DNA from: an uncultured delta proteobacterium
GTDB taxonomy: Bacteria; Desulfobacterota; Syntrophia; Syntrophales; UBA5619
Length of the DNA: 64,000 nt
Direction of reading: 5' to 3'
NCBI GenBank assembly: GCA_963817385.1
Contig: CAWFOM010000010.1
Span: 379,676 to 443,675, forward strand
How positions within the stretch are numbered: the first letter of the stretch is position 1; the number at the start of each line of letters is the position of its first letter. Below the pieces are notes generated by a model, which was not told the DNA's origin, did not search any database, and was given only the letters and a program-made list of their open reading frames with translations. Shown piece by piece: positions 9,852 through 21,908 of this stretch. Position numbers and translations under genes: made by a program.

Positions 9852-11279
9852 ATGGCAAAAATCCTGATCATCGATGACGATGTCGTGATGACGGAACTGC
9901 TCTCCCATGGAGTTAGGGAACGAGGGCATGATATTTTTTGCGCCCACACCATGCAAGCGGGGCTCAGTGCCGCACAGTCGGGAGATTTTTCCGTCGTCTT
10001 TCTCGACGTCCGCCTGCCGGATGGAAACGGCCTGGACGCCCTCCCCGAGATCCGGAAAGTCCGCTCCTCTCCCGAGGTGATCATCATGACCGGGGCCGGC
10101 GACCCCGACGGGGCAGAGCTCGCCATTAAGAGCGGGGCGTGGGATTATCTCGAAAAACCTTCTTCCATCACCATGATGATCCTGCCTCTCGTGCGAGCCC
10201 TCCAGTACCGTGATATCCGGTTGGCACAAAAACCACTGATTGCGCTGAAACGGCAGGGTATCGTGGGAAGCAGTCCACTTATCACGGCTTGCCTCGACAA
10301 GGTCGCCCATGCGGCCGGGTATGACGCCAGCGTGCTTATCACCGGAGAGACGGGGACGGGCAAGGAGCTATTCGCCTGGGCGATCCACGAAAACAGCGCG
10401 CGGGCCGACAAGAATTTTGTCGTGGTCGACTGCGCAACCTTGTCGGACACCTTGGTGGAAAGCGTTCTCTTCGGTTACCGGAAGGGCGCCTTCACCGGGG
10501 CCGACCGCTCCCGGGATGGGCTGATCAAGCAAGCAGACGGGGGCACCCTCTTCCTCGATGAGATCGGGGAACTCCCCCTTGCCGTGCAGAAGGCATTTCT
10601 CCGTGTCCTGCAGGAACGGCGCTTCCGCCCCCTGGGAGGCAAGGAAGAGCTGAGCAGCGATTTTAGGCTCGTGGCCGCGACAAACCGTGATCTCGACAAG
10701 ATGGTCCGGGAAGGTCAATTCCGGAGCGATCTGCTCTACCGCATCCGCTCGTTTACGATCGAGCTGCCTCCGCTCAGGGAATACCCGGAAGACATCCCGG
10801 CACTCGTGACCTACCACGTCGGCCGCCTGGCGGAACGTCATGGCGAGAACATACGAGGGTTGTCACCTGACTTTCTGGAAGCGCTGAAGGCATACGACTG
10901 GCCCGGCAACGTCCGTGAACTGGTCAATGCGCTGGAGCGGGTCCTGGCCGCAGCGGGCAATGGCGCTACCCTCTTTCCCAAGGACCTCCCCTCCCATATC
11001 CGGGTGAAGATGGCCCGCTCCGCCATCGTCAACAAATCAACCGCGGAAAAGGGAGACCCGTCGCCGGCGGGCATCAAGGAGCTCCCGAGACTGCAGGATC
11101 TGCGGGACGACGCGATCGCCCAGGTGGAACAGCAATACCTCCGGGATCTGATGGCCATTTCCGGGGATAATATGAAAAAGGCCTGCACCATCTCCGGTCT
11201 TTCCCGGTCACGCCTCTACGAACTGATGAAAAAGTACCAAGACCCCTCTTTGCAAGAGCGCCACTTCAATCCGGAATAA
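9852..11279 (+). CDS. Sigma-54-dependent response regulator (NtrC family: REC-AAA+-Fis HTH)
   Basis: Receiver domain (IIDDD, LDVRLPD), Walker A GETGTGKE, GAFTGA, LFLDEIGEL, WPGNVREL, C-terminal HTH. Confidence 0.95.
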   Translation: MAKILIIDDDVVMTELLSHGVRERGHDIFCAHTMQAGLSAAQSGDFSVVFLDVRLPDGNGLDALPEIRKVRSSPEVIIMTGAGDPDGAELAIKSGAWDYLEKPSSITMMILPLVRALQYRDIRLAQKPLIALKRQGIVGSSPLITACLDKVAHAAGYDASVLITGETGTGKELFAWAIHENSARADKNFVVVDCATLSDTLVESVLFGYRKGAFTGADRSRDGLIKQADGGTLFLDEIGELPLAVQKAFLRVLQERRFRPLGGKEELSSDFRLVAATNRDLDKMVREGQFRSDLLYRIRSFTIELPPLREYPEDIPALVTYHVGRLAERHGENIRGLSPDFLEALKAYDWPGNVRELVNALERVLAAAGNGATLFPKDLPSHIRVKMARSAIVNKSTAEKGDPSPAGIKELPRLQDLRDDAIAQVEQQYLRDLMAISGDNMKKACTISGLSRSRLYELMKKYQDPSLQERHFNPE

Positions 11280-11311
11280 GTGGAAGAGATAGACGTTCAG
11301 ACGGGTGTTTT

Positions 11312-12238
11312 TTATTCATTCTCCGGTCTGGGCAACAGGCCGGCCGCTTTGACGATTTCCGCAACCTTTGACTCCCATTCTATCGCCATGATATGGATGC
11401 CCCGCACACCGGGAATCTCCCTGAGTTGCTGAATTTGCTCCACACAGATCTTTATCCCCTCCTCCGCCTGCTTCTCCTTCGGTACCCCCTTCATCCGCTC
11501 GATCATATCATCGGGGACGTCCATCCCCGGGACATTCTTCTTCATGTAATTGGCCATGCCCGCGGTCTTGAAGGGAGTCACTCCCGCCAGAACGGCGCAT
11601 TTTTCATGAAGCCCCCGGTCACACACCATCGCCATCCAACGTCTGAACCGCTCCATGTTGTAGATGCACTGCGTCTGGATAAACTCGCATCCGGCCTTTA
11701 CCTTTTTCCCCAGCCTCGCCGCCCGGATCTCAAACGGATCGGCAAAGGGATTTTCCGCCGCCCCCACAAACAGCATCGGCTTCCCCTTTACCTCCTCGCC
11801 TCCCAGGAATTTCCCTTCGTCGCGCAGACGGCAGACTGTCCCGATCAACTGGATCGAATCGATGTCATATACGTTCTTCGCCTGCGCATGATCGCCGAAC
11901 TTCTGATGATCGCCGGACAAACAGAGGACATTGTTTATCCCTAACGCCGCCGCCCCCAAGAGATCGCTTTGGAGCGCGATCCGGTTCCTGTCCCGGCAGA
12001 CCATCTGGAGGACGGGCTCCAGTCCCATGCCCTTCAATATCACACTGGCGGACACCGAGGACATCCTCACCACCGCGGTCTGATTGTCCGTTACGTTCAC
12101 CCCGTCGACAACACCCTTGAGCAACTCCCCTTTCTTACGGACAGCCTCGGGATCGGACCCGCGCGGAGGACCGCACTCCGAGGTAACGACAAATCCCCCG
12201 TTCGCCAATATCTTCTCGATCTTCGAATTTGTCTTCAC
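11312..12238 (-). CDS. metF: Methylenetetrahydrofolate reductase, copy 1
   Basis: NVTDNQ, CRDRNRIALQS, LSGDH, IQTQCIY and HIMAI motifs. Confidence 0.9.
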   Translation of the reverse strand: MKTNSKIEKILANGGFVVTSECGPPRGSDPEAVRKKGELLKGVVDGVNVTDNQTAVVRMSSVSASVILKGMGLEPVLQMVCRDRNRIALQSDLLGAAALGINNVLCLSGDHQKFGDHAQAKNVYDIDSIQLIGTVCRLRDEGKFLGGEEVKGKPMLFVGAAENPFADPFEIRAARLGKKVKAGCEFIQTQCIYNMERFRRWMAMVCDRGLHEKCAVLAGVTPFKTAGMANYMKKNVPGMDVPDDMIERMKGVPKEKQAEEGIKICVEQIQQLREIPGVRGIHIMAIEWESKVAEIVKAAGLLPRPENE

Positions 12239-12903
12239 AGTTTCAAGTCCTCCCTTATCCTTTTGCGCGGCCCGCCGTCACGACCGGTTCGCCAATCCCG
12301 TATCGGCAATATCTCATCGTATTGGTCCATCTGACCTGATTCCTTGAGCCGATCGACGATCAATTGCCAGGCGCAATCCGTTTCCTTATCGATCTCGCAC
12401 TTGCCTTCCGACGAACCGCCGCACGGACCGTTGAGCAGGCTCTTTGCGCAGCGGGCAATCGGGCAGACCCCGGCCGTCATGTCCAGGATGCAGGTGCCGC
12501 AACCCTGACATCGCTCGCTCCATACTCCCTGTTCGAGCGTCACCCCCAGAAAGGTCGTGTTGACGGCAGGAATGACCCGTTTTGTCTTATACGCTTCGGC
12601 CACATACTGAACGCCCGCACCGCAGGCCATCGATAAGATCACGTCGTAATTATCGGCAAAACTCCGTATCTGATCTATATATTCAAAGTCGCACTGGCGC
12701 TCCAAGGTGTGCTCCTTGATGTCGAAGGTCTCCCCTTCCTTTTGCCAGTAAAGACGGAGCTCCGAGGCCAGAACGCCCACTTCGCGCTCACCCCCGACGC
12801 CGCACACGGTCACGCACTCGTTACACCCTACGATCAAGACCCGCCGACGGGCGCCCAGCTTCGCCACGATCTCCTGAAAGTCCTTGCGATTGCCGACTAT
12901 CAT
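12235..12903 (-). CDS. metV: MetV (MTHFR C-terminal-like Fe-S/Zn protein), copy 1
   Basis: GCNECVTVC, RQCD, ACGAGVQ and CQGCGTC...CPIARCAKSLLNGPCGG; directly upstream of metF. Confidence 0.88.
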   Translation of the reverse strand: MIVGNRKDFQEIVAKLGARRRVLIVGCNECVTVCGVGGEREVGVLASELRLYWQKEGETFDIKEHTLERQCDFEYIDQIRSFADNYDVILSMACGAGVQYVAEAYKTKRVIPAVNTTFLGVTLEQGVWSERCQGCGTCILDMTAGVCPIARCAKSLLNGPCGGSSEGKCEIDKETDCAWQLIVDRLKESGQMDQYDEILPIRDWRTGRDGGPRKRIREDLKL

Positions 12904-12945
12904 GACTAAACCCCCACGAATGCAGCCACGGGTGACTGCCCTTTA

Positions 12946-13374
12946 TTATTTTTTTCTGGCGGGCGACGGTCCGAGGGAACGGATCCGTTCGGTCATCTCC
13001 CGTGCACATTCCGCAAATCGCTGGCCTTGAGAGGCGCTCATGTTGAACATCTCCAGCCTCGCCCCACCGATACCCACCTCGTCCAAGAGACCCTTCACAT
13101 ATTCAACCCGTCGCCGCGCCCGGAGATTGCCGCGGAGGAAATGGCACTCGCCCTCCAGACATCCGGCCAGATACACTCCATCAACCCCGCTCTCAAAGGC
13201 CTTCAGTACCAGGAGGATATCCACGCGGCCGGTGCAGGGCATCTTCACTACCTTCACACTGCTGGGATAGCTCAATCTCATCGAACCTGCCAGGTCCGCA
13301 GCGCTGTAAGCTCAATGCTCACAGCAGAATGCGATAATCTCCGGCTCAAAACCGTTGTCCGTTTTCTCTGACAT
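12946..13374 (-). CDS. mvhD: MvhD-like [2Fe-2S] subunit, selenoprotein (UGA at codon 21)
   Basis: MSEKTDNGFEPEIIAFCCEH-TGA-AYSAADLAG continues in frame into ...MPCTGRV...GCLEGECHF; TGA at 13314-13312 aligns with the Cys of NWCAY in the paralog at 16629. Confidence 0.88.
13270..13311 (-). promoter_or_regulatory. Putative bacterial SECIS hairpin
   Basis: CGGACC-TGGCA-GGTTCG stem-loop begins 13 nt 3' of the in-frame TGA and has G in the apical loop. Confidence 0.55.
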
Positions 13375-13503
13375 CGCCTTGTTCTCTCCCCGCTTGTCCT
13401 AACTCAGTACGAACTTCCGCACCGCTCGGCGGGCGCAGCAACCAGCCGCGCCTCGTCTCTCTTACGTGTGGGCTCTAACTTCCCGGCATTTTAGCATCGG
13501 GTA

Positions 13504-16500
13504 TCATTCAACCAACGCCGCAATTTTCGCCTCAAGCTGACTGCCGCGGTAATGCATCAGATCGATAGCCCGGGCGGGACACTCCGCCGCACAGGTGCCG
13601 CATCCCTTGCACTTGATGATGTCTATCTCCGCTTCACCCCGCACATTAACCACCGGTACGTCATAAGGGCAGACGCGAACACAGGTAAGGCAGGCGGCAC
13701 AGTGTTCTCCGTCCACAACGGCGACGACGCCTCCTACCAGAAGATTTTCTTTGGAGAGGATGGTGCAGGCCCTCGCCACGACTGCATGCGCCTGAGAGAT
13801 GCTTTCACTGATCAATTTCGGCGCATGGCCGGATCCCGTCACATAGATGCCTTCAGACGCGAAATCCACCGGACGCAGTTTCATGTGCGCCTCGAGGTAA
13901 AATCCTTCAGCGGTGCGCGGCACCTTCATGAGCGTGGCCAGCTCCTTGTTGTCCCGTGGAATGGTTGCCGATGCAAGAACGATCAGGTCGGGGTGTACCG
14001 TCATTTTTTCCTTGACGAGCTTGTCCTCGAAGGAAATCACGAGTCGCTCTCCCTCTTTTTTCACCTCAGGACTCTCTTCGGGCTCGTACCGGACAAACAG
14101 AATCCCCTCCTTGCGGGCCTGGGCATAGTAGGTCTCGAGAAACCCGTACGTGCGGATGTCCCGATAGAGGATGCGGATCGTTATCGCGGGATTGATTTTT
14201 TTCAGCTTCAGGGCGGTCTTTATCGCCGTGGCGCAGCAGGTTCGGCTGCACGAGGGGCGCTTCTCATTCCTCGATCCCACACACTGGATCATCACCACCT
14301 CGCGCAGTCCGGCCAACTCTTCCCTGCGGTGGGCAAGACGGTCTTCCAGCTCCAGTTGCGTGACAACACGCGCATCGTCGCCGTAGAGATACCCCTCCGG
14401 CTTCTCCTCCTGTGCGCCGGTGGCCAGAATGGTTATCCCGTGTTGAATCTTCTGATAATCCATCGCCGGCGCCGTCCTGACGCCGGTGGTGAAGTTGCCC
14501 CGTACCCCGCTGAAATCGACGACCGTACTGTCGAGCAAACAATGGATCGCCGGATGTCCGGATACCTTGTCGATCAGGTCGCGAAGAAAGGCTTGGACAT
14601 CCCCTCCCTCAATGGTGGTATGGATATTCAGCAGGTTTCCGCCCAGCCTGTTCTCCTTTTCTACAAGGTAAACCTCAAATCCTTGTTCGGCAAGACGCAG
14701 CGCCGCCGTCATGCCGGCAACTCCGCCGCCGATGACGAGACCGCGCTGGACGACAGGCACCTCCGTTTCCCCAAGCGCACGGTTCAACCGGACATTGGCC
14801 ACGGCCATGCGCACGAGTATTTTTGCCTTTGCCGTTGCGTCCGCCTTCCGGCGCATATGCACCCAGGAACATTGGTCGCGGATATTTGCCATCTCGAAGA
14901 GAAACTTGTTCAAACCCGCTTCCCTGATCGTGTCGCGGAACATCGGCTCATGCGTACGGGGAGAGCAGGAGGCCACGATTACGCGGTTTAACCTGTGCTC
15001 CTTGACGGCATTTTTGATTTTTTCCTGCGTATCCTGGGAGCAGGTGTAGAGATTTTCATCCGCATGGACGACATTGGGCAAGGTGCTTGCGTACGCCTTG
15101 ACGGCGGGAACGTTCACCACGCCGCCTATGTTGATGCCGCAGTGGCAGATGAAAACGCCGATCCTGGCTTCCGCTTCCGGTTTTACCTCCTCTTCCGGCG
15201 GATACTCCTTTTTCGTGGTCAGCGTTCCTCTCGCGGAGGCGATCATTCCCGTTGCGGCCGCCGCAGCGCCGCTCGCCTGGGCAACGGTCTCCGGGATATC
15301 CTTCGGCGACTGAAAGGCCCCGCAGACATAAACCCCCTCCCTCGATGTGGCAAGGGGGGTAAAGGTTCCCGTCTCGCAGAATCCGAACCTGTTCAGATCG
15401 ACCCCCAGCCTCGCCGCCATATTCCGGACAACCGGCGACGTTGACATGCCCAGGGAAAGGACGACAAGATCGAACTCCTCCTCGCATGACGTCCTTTCTT
15501 CGTTCATGTATGTAACGAGCAGGTTGCCGCTGCCCGGTTTTTCTCTCACCTTGGAAACCATGCTCTTGACGAGCCGGACGCCATAATCTGCCTTCGCCCG
15601 CTCATAATAGGCATCGAACCCCTTCCCATACGCCCTGACATCCATGGCGAAAATCGTCGGTTTGACAAACTGGACATGCTCCTTGGCGATGACCGCTTCC
15701 TTCAGGGCGTACATGCAGCAGACGGACGAGCAGTAGTCGTTGCCGCATTTCACGTCACGGGATCCGACGCATTGGATAAAGGCGATTCGTTCGGGAATGG
15801 CGCCGTCGGAGGGGCGCAGCAGATGGCTCCGATGGGGGCCGGTCGCGCTGAGAATGCGCTCAAATTCGATGCTGGTCACCACATTGGGAAAAACGCCGTA
15901 GCCGAATTCGGGCCGGCGCTGGGCGTCAAAGACCTCGAAGCCGGGGGCAAGGATGACGGAACCGACGGATAGTTTCTCCTCGGTTTCCTTGTCCCCATAA
16001 TCAACGGCGCCGGCGAGACACACCCGCTCGCAAAGGCCGCATCCGATACATTCTTCCCGGTCGATAAGGAACACTTTGGGGATGGCCTGCGGGTATCTGA
16101 GGAATATCGCCGCCCGTTTGCTCATCCCTTCATTGTAGCTGTCGATGGCGGTGACGGGGCAATGTTTGGCGCACTCTCCGCAACCGGTACACTTGTCGGC
16201 ACGGATGTACCGCGGCCTCCGTATGATCGTCGCCTCGAAAGAGCCGGGAGGGCCGGTGATTTCCCTGACTTCGGCGTTCGAAATGATCCTGATGTTCCGG
16301 TGTCGTCCGGAGTCCACCAGTTTCGGCGACATGATGCACATCGCACAGTCGTTCGTCGGAAAGGTTTTATCAAGCTGGGACATAGTCCCGCCGATGGTGG
16401 GCGAATGTTCGACGAGATAGACATAAAATCCTGCTTCGGCCAGATCAAGCGAGGCCTGCATCCCGCCGATCCCGCCGCCCACAACCATCACCGCACCGAC

Positions 16501-16545
16501 CGGTTTTATCCCATTACCATTCGTCATGCCGCCTGATGACCCCAT
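13504..16545 (-). CDS. hdrA: Heterodisulfide reductase subunit A (large, two FAD modules)
   Basis: LDKTFPTNDCAMC, IQCVGSR...CSSVCCMY, CHCGINI, NIRDQCSWVH and C-terminal ferredoxin motifs. Confidence 0.93.
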   Translation of the reverse strand: MGSSGGMTNGNGIKPVGAVMVVGGGIGGMQASLDLAEAGFYVYLVEHSPTIGGTMSQLDKTFPTNDCAMCIMSPKLVDSGRHRNIRIISNAEVREITGPPGSFEATIIRRPRYIRADKCTGCGECAKHCPVTAIDSYNEGMSKRAAIFLRYPQAIPKVFLIDREECIGCGLCERVCLAGAVDYGDKETEEKLSVGSVILAPGFEVFDAQRRPEFGYGVFPNVVTSIEFERILSATGPHRSHLLRPSDGAIPERIAFIQCVGSRDVKCGNDYCSSVCCMYALKEAVIAKEHVQFVKPTIFAMDVRAYGKGFDAYYERAKADYGVRLVKSMVSKVREKPGSGNLLVTYMNEERTSCEEEFDLVVLSLGMSTSPVVRNMAARLGVDLNRFGFCETGTFTPLATSREGVYVCGAFQSPKDIPETVAQASGAAAAATGMIASARGTLTTKKEYPPEEEVKPEAEARIGVFICHCGINIGGVVNVPAVKAYASTLPNVVHADENLYTCSQDTQEKIKNAVKEHRLNRVIVASCSPRTHEPMFRDTIREAGLNKFLFEMANIRDQCSWVHMRRKADATAKAKILVRMAVANVRLNRALGETEVPVVQRGLVIGGGVAGMTAALRLAEQGFEVYLVEKENRLGGNLLNIHTTIEGGDVQAFLRDLIDKVSGHPAIHCLLDSTVVDFSGVRGNFTTGVRTAPAMDYQKIQHGITILATGAQEEKPEGYLYGDDARVVTQLELEDRLAHRREELAGLREVVMIQCVGSRNEKRPSCSRTCCATAIKTALKLKKINPAITIRILYRDIRTYGFLETYYAQARKEGILFVRYEPEESPEVKKEGERLVISFEDKLVKEKMTVHPDLIVLASATIPRDNKELATLMKVPRTAEGFYLEAHMKLRPVDFASEGIYVTGSGHAPKLISESISQAHAVVARACTILSKENLLVGGVVAVVDGEHCAACLTCVRVCPYDVPVVNVRGEAEIDIIKCKGCGTCAAECPARAIDLMHYRGSQLEAKIAALVE

Positions 16546-16628
16546 GATGAGATTTCGTCCTTTATGTCAATTCCGGTCATTACAAGAGACCAAAATTCAA
16601 AGAAAATGAGCTCGATACGGCGGCATGC

Positions 16629-17384
16629 TCAGACGCTTCTTACATACCGCGGATAACGCCCCTCTTCCGACGGATCGAATCCGATCCTTCCCTCCCCTAC
16701 CAGAGACACCAAATTCGAGAGCGTTTCCTTCAGAGAGGCCTTGAGCTTCCTGCTGATCTCCTCCGCCGTCATTGGTCCTGCTTCAAGAAAAATGAGGATC
16801 CGGTTTTTACGCAGTTCCTCCCGCACAGTCGATTCCAGCACTGCCCTGACCTTTTCCGGATCCGTTCGCTCACCGTAGACATTTTCTTTTTCCAGAAGTT
16901 CGGGGGCCTTGCCCGCCATCCAGCGTATCTTCTCGCTTTCGAGGGATGTCTGAATGGCCCGCAGCTTTTCTTCCGTCTCCGGGGTTACGGGAAACGGTCC
17001 CAGAGCGGCAATCCGCTCGGTGAAACTGCTGACGAGCTGGGCGAAACGCTGTCCTTCGCCCGCGGAAACCCAGTCCAGCATGAGCCGTTCTTCTCCAATC
17101 CCCTCGTCGGACAGGAGTTTGCGCAGAAGGGTGATCTTCCGTTCCGCCTGGATATTGCCGCTGAGGTAATGGCAATCGCCGGGATGACATCCGAGGATCA
17201 TCACCCCGTCGAAACCGGCGAGAAATGCCCGGGGGATAAACGCCGGATCTATCCTGCCGGAGCACATCACGCGGATCACCCGTGTGTTGGGCGGATACTG
17301 AAACCGTGAAATACCGGCCAAATCGGCGCCTGCATATGCGCACCAGTTGCACAGGAAGGAGAGAATCTTTGGTTCAAAGCTCAT
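16629..17384 (-). CDS. mvhD: MvhD-like subunit with C-terminal extension (possible winged HTH)
   Basis: FLCNWCAYAGADLAG, VMCSGRID, GCHPGDCHY, plus about 110 extra residues ending MTAEEISRKL...LVSLVGEGRI. Confidence 0.8.
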   Translation of the reverse strand: MSFEPKILSFLCNWCAYAGADLAGISRFQYPPNTRVIRVMCSGRIDPAFIPRAFLAGFDGVMILGCHPGDCHYLSGNIQAERKITLLRKLLSDEGIGEERLMLDWVSAGEGQRFAQLVSSFTERIAALGPFPVTPETEEKLRAIQTSLESEKIRWMAGKAPELLEKENVYGERTDPEKVRAVLESTVREELRKNRILIFLEAGPMTAEEISRKLKASLKETLSNLVSLVGEGRIGFDPSEEGRYPRYVRSV

Positions 17385-17404
17385 GGGCACACTCGATTCA
17401 CAAT

Positions 17405-20400
17405 TCATCGGTCCATCGTCGCTACAGCGTGCTCCTCTTTCAACGCCTCGATCTGCGCGAACAATTCCTCATCGGTAAAATGGCGAATGGTGACCGCCTG
17501 CTGCGGACAACTGGCGCTGCAGATGCCGCATCCCTTGCACGACGCGGCGATCGTTTCGGACTTTTTCCCCTGCGGGGTCTCACCCACGCGGATGGCGTTG
17601 AACGGACAGAGGGATTCGCAGAGGCCGCACCCGACACACCGGCTCTGCATCGACACAGGAAATGGTGGGCAGGATACTGACTGACCCCTTCGCCATGACC
17701 GCCGTGGCGCGCGCCACGGCGGCGCCGGCCTGGGCGATCGTTTCGCTGATGGTCTTGGGAAAATGGGCCATGCCGGCAAGAAAGATACCGTCCGTGGCAA
17801 AATCCACCGGGCGCAATTTCATATGGGCTTCAAGGAAAAATTTGTCCGCCGTCAGCGGAACCTTGAGCATCTTCGCCAGTTGAGAGTTGTCATAGGGAAT
17901 CACGGCAGTGGAAAGGACGACGAGATCGGGGGCAATGACCGCCTCCTCTCCGATCATGAGATCCTTCACCTTGAGCTCGAGTATGCCGTTATGGACGGAA
18001 AGTTCCGGCTTCGCCGCTAAGTCGTACGGGATGAACCGGACCCCCTTTTCCCGCGCCAGTGTATAGTAGTGTTCCATTAACCCGTAGGTGCGGATATCGC
18101 GGTAGAGGACGCTGACACTCGTGAGGGGGGAAAGCTCCTTGAGCTTCAATGCATTTTTTACGGCAACCGAACAACAGATCCGGCTGCAGTTGGGATGATC
18201 GGGCGTGCGTGAACCTACGCACTGGATCATGACGACGTTCCGATAGTTTTTGATTTCTTCAGGATGAAGGGCGAGACGTTCCTCAAACTCGCTCTGCGTA
18301 ACGACCCGCATGTCCCGGCCGAGGAGATACTCGGACGGCCGGCTTTCCCCGGCGCCCACCGCCACGATGACAACACCGTGGGTATATTCTTCATCCTTGC
18401 CGGCTATCGAGATAACGCTGCGGAAATTCCCCAAGTAGCCGTCGATTTTTGTTATCTCCGCGCCCGTAAAAACGGTGATCTCCGGCGTGGACATAACTTC
18501 CCGGACGGTGTCGTGCAGCAACGCCTGAACGTCCTTGCCTTCGAGGGTGTAATGGATATGACAGGAGATTCCCCCCAAGCTCCTGTTCCTTTTCGACGAG
18601 CGCACTGGCGAATCCCTGGCGCGCCAAGGCCAAGGCAGCGCTCATCCCCGCAAGACCGCCGCCGATGATGAGGGCCTTTTTGCTCACCTCCATCGTCGGT
18701 TCCTCAAGGGGGCCGATGAGGCGCGCCTTGGCCACCGTCATGCGGAGCATGTCTTTCGCCTTTGCCGTGGCCTCCAGGGGAAGCTGCATATGCACCCAGG
18801 AGCATTGATCACGGATATTGGCCATCTCGAAGAGATATTTGTTGAGGCCCACCTCCCGGATCGTTTCCTGAAAGAGCGGTTCGTGGGTGCGCGGCGAGCA
18901 GGAGGCGACCACCACCCGGTTCAGACGATGCTCATCGATTGCCCTCTTGATCTTCTCCTGCGTATCCTGCGAACAGGTGTAGAGATTTTCATCCACATAT
19001 TCCACGTTCGGCAGCGTGCGGGCATATTCCTTTACCTCAGGGACGTTGACGATCCCGCCGATGTTGATTCCGCAGTGACACACAAAGACGCCGATCCGGG
19101 GCGCCTGCCCTGCCACGTCGCGTTCCGGCGGGTACTCTTTCGTCCGGGTGAGCGTCCCGCGCACCTCCGCAGAGGAGAGCGGATGCCGCTTGCGCCGCCG
19201 CACCGGCCTGGACGACCGTTTCCGGAATGTCCTTGGGGCCTTGAAAGACGCCGCAGGCGTACACGCCGTCCCGGGAGGTGCTCAATGGAGAAAATCCGTC
19301 GGTCCGGCAGAACCCATGCTCATCAAGAGCAATGCCGAGCCGTTCGGCGAGCTCCAGGGCCTCCGGCGCCGGTATCATGGCCACGGAAAGGACCACCAGA
19401 TCAAACTCCTCTTCCTGCGGTCTCCCTTCGCCGTTTATGTAACCGATCACGAGGTTCTTGTTCTTCGGGCGCTCTGCAATACGGGAGATCTGGGAATGGA
19501 TAAACCGGACACCGTAATCCTTCTTCGCCCTCTCGTAATAGAGATCGAAATCCTTGCCCTGGGCGCGGATATCCATGTAAAAAATGGTGGACTCGGCGGC
19601 AGGGAGATGTTCCTTGGTAATGACCGCCTCTTTTATGGCATACATGCAGCACACGGAGCTGCAGGTGTCGTTGTCCTTGCTGCGGGACCCTACACACTGC
19701 AGAAAGGCGATCTTCTTGGGCTCGGCATGATCGGAGGGACGGGTCACATGGCCGCCGAACGGACCGGAGGCGCTCAACATCCGTTCAAACTCCATGCTCG
19801 TCACCACATTGGGATAACGGCCATACCCCAGCTCCGGCGCGACCGCGGGTGCATATAATGAATACCCCGGCGCCAGGATCACCGAACCGACGAGGATCTC
19901 CTCCTCACCGCCCGTCTCCTGATGATCGATGGCGCCCGCCTTGCAGACCCGCACACACAAATGACACTCCGAACAGATACCGCAGGCCAGGCATCGTGAC
20001 GCCTCCCGCTTGGCCTCCTCCTCCGTCAGCGAAAGCTCCACCTCGCGAAAATCACGCACCCGTTCGGAAACCGGAACCATGGGCATCGCCGCCCGCGGCG
20101 ACCTATCCACCCCGCCCGCCGCGACTATCCGATCAATCTCCTCATCCTGCAGATGAACCACCGGCAGCGGGACCTGTTCGCGCGCCGTCAGCAGATCGAC
20201 GCCCCGCAGATATCTATCGATGGAAAGCGCCCCGCGTCTGCCATCCGCTATCGCCCATATCAATATCCCCGGACCTCGCTGGGCATCCCCTCCGGCAAAT
20301 ACTCCCGGCCGCTTCGTCGCCAATGTCTTCTCATCAACAACAAAGGTCCCCTCGATCGCTCACCTCCAATCCATGCGCCTTATCCAGGAAGGAGATCTCC

Positions 20401-21899
20401 GGCGCCTGCGCCACCGCCGCGATCATCGTATCGGCCTCGATCACAAACTCCGAGCCGGGAATCGGAACGGGACGCCGCCTTCCGCTCTCGTCAGGATCGC
20501 CCAACTCCATGCGCTGACATCTGATGCCCGCCACCCTGCCGTCTTTCACCACCACCGCGACCGGGGCGGTCAGCAGCTCCAGCGCGACACCCTCGCGCTC
20601 GGCCTCCTCTATCTCCCAACTGCTGGCCGGCATCTCCTCACGGGAACGACGATAGACCATCGCCACCGAACCGGCGCCCAATCTCAGCGCCGTTCGCGCC
20701 GAATCCACCGCGGTGTTGCCGCCCCCGATCACCACGACGCGCTTGCCGACGGTCGGCAGGTCCCCCGCTCCTGTTGCAAGACTCACGGCCTGTAAAAAAG
20801 GAACCCCGTGATACACGCCCCGGGCATCCTCGCCCTCAATACCCAACCGCTGCGGCTCATGTGCCCCAATCGCCAGAAATACCGCCGCATACCCCTCGGC
20901 AAACAGCGTGTTTACGTCCTGGACAGGGGTGTTCAGCCGTATCTCCACCCCTTCGGCAACGATGGCGTCTATCTCCCGCTGCAGTACCTCACGGGGCAGG
21001 CGGTACGCGGGAATCCCCACCCGCATCATCCCTCCCGCCGCCGGCAGGGACTCGAATACCGTGACCCCATATCCCATCCTCACCAGATGATGGGCGCAAC
21101 TCAATCCCGCAGGACCCGATCCCACCACGGCAACCCTGGCCGCAGGACGATCCGTGATCCCGTCACCCGCACCCACCGCCTTTTCCGATGAACCGCCATG
21201 CTCGTACACCCAATCCGCCGCAAATCGCTTCAAGGCGCATATCGCCACCGGCGCATCCAGCTTTCCGCGACTGCATTCGGCCTCGCAGGGATGGGTGCAT
21301 ACCCTCCCGACCGAGGCGGGGAAAGGATTGTACTCCCGCACCACCTCCAGGGCCTCCTCATAGCGGCCTTCCTGAATCAGGGCCACGTACCCCTGGGCGC
21401 TCGTCTCCGCGGGGCAGGTCGCCTTGCAGGGACTCGTCCCCCGTTTCGTTACCAGAAAAGAATTGGGAACGGCCTGCGGATAGGGACGGTAGATTGCCTT
21501 TCGCTCATCCAATCCCTCGTTAAACTCGTTTGCCAATCCGATCGGGCATACCTCCACACAATCGTTACAGCCGGTGCATTTTATCGTGTCCACATAACGG
21601 GGATAACGGCGTATGCGAGCGGTAAAGCGACCGGGGTTACCGGATAAGGAAAGCAGTTCCGAATTGGTGAGAATCTCGATGTTCAGATGACGACCCGTCT
21701 CCACAAGTTTCGGCGATATAATGCACATGGCGCAATCGTTCGTCGGAAACGTCTTGTCCAACTGAGCCATGCGACCGCCGATGGCGGCTGACTTCTCCAG
21801 CAGATAAACCTTTATGCCTGAATTGGCAAGATCAAGCGAGGCCTGGATTCCCGCAATTCCTCCCCCGATTACCAGTGCCGCGCCTACTTTAGATTCCAT
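17405..21899 (-). CDS. HdrL-type protein (HdrA with inserted GltD-like NAD(P)H-binding module), split by several indels
   Basis: HdrA N-terminus (LDKTFPTNDC), then SPCKATCP...GRVCTHPCE, GSGPAGL, GGGNTAVD, FAGGD, then the HdrA C-terminal half across ORFs 20334-21989, 19037-20323, 18391-19203, 17580-18605 and 17405-17800. Confidence 0.85.
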
Positions 21900-21908
21900 G
21901 TCTTTCCC

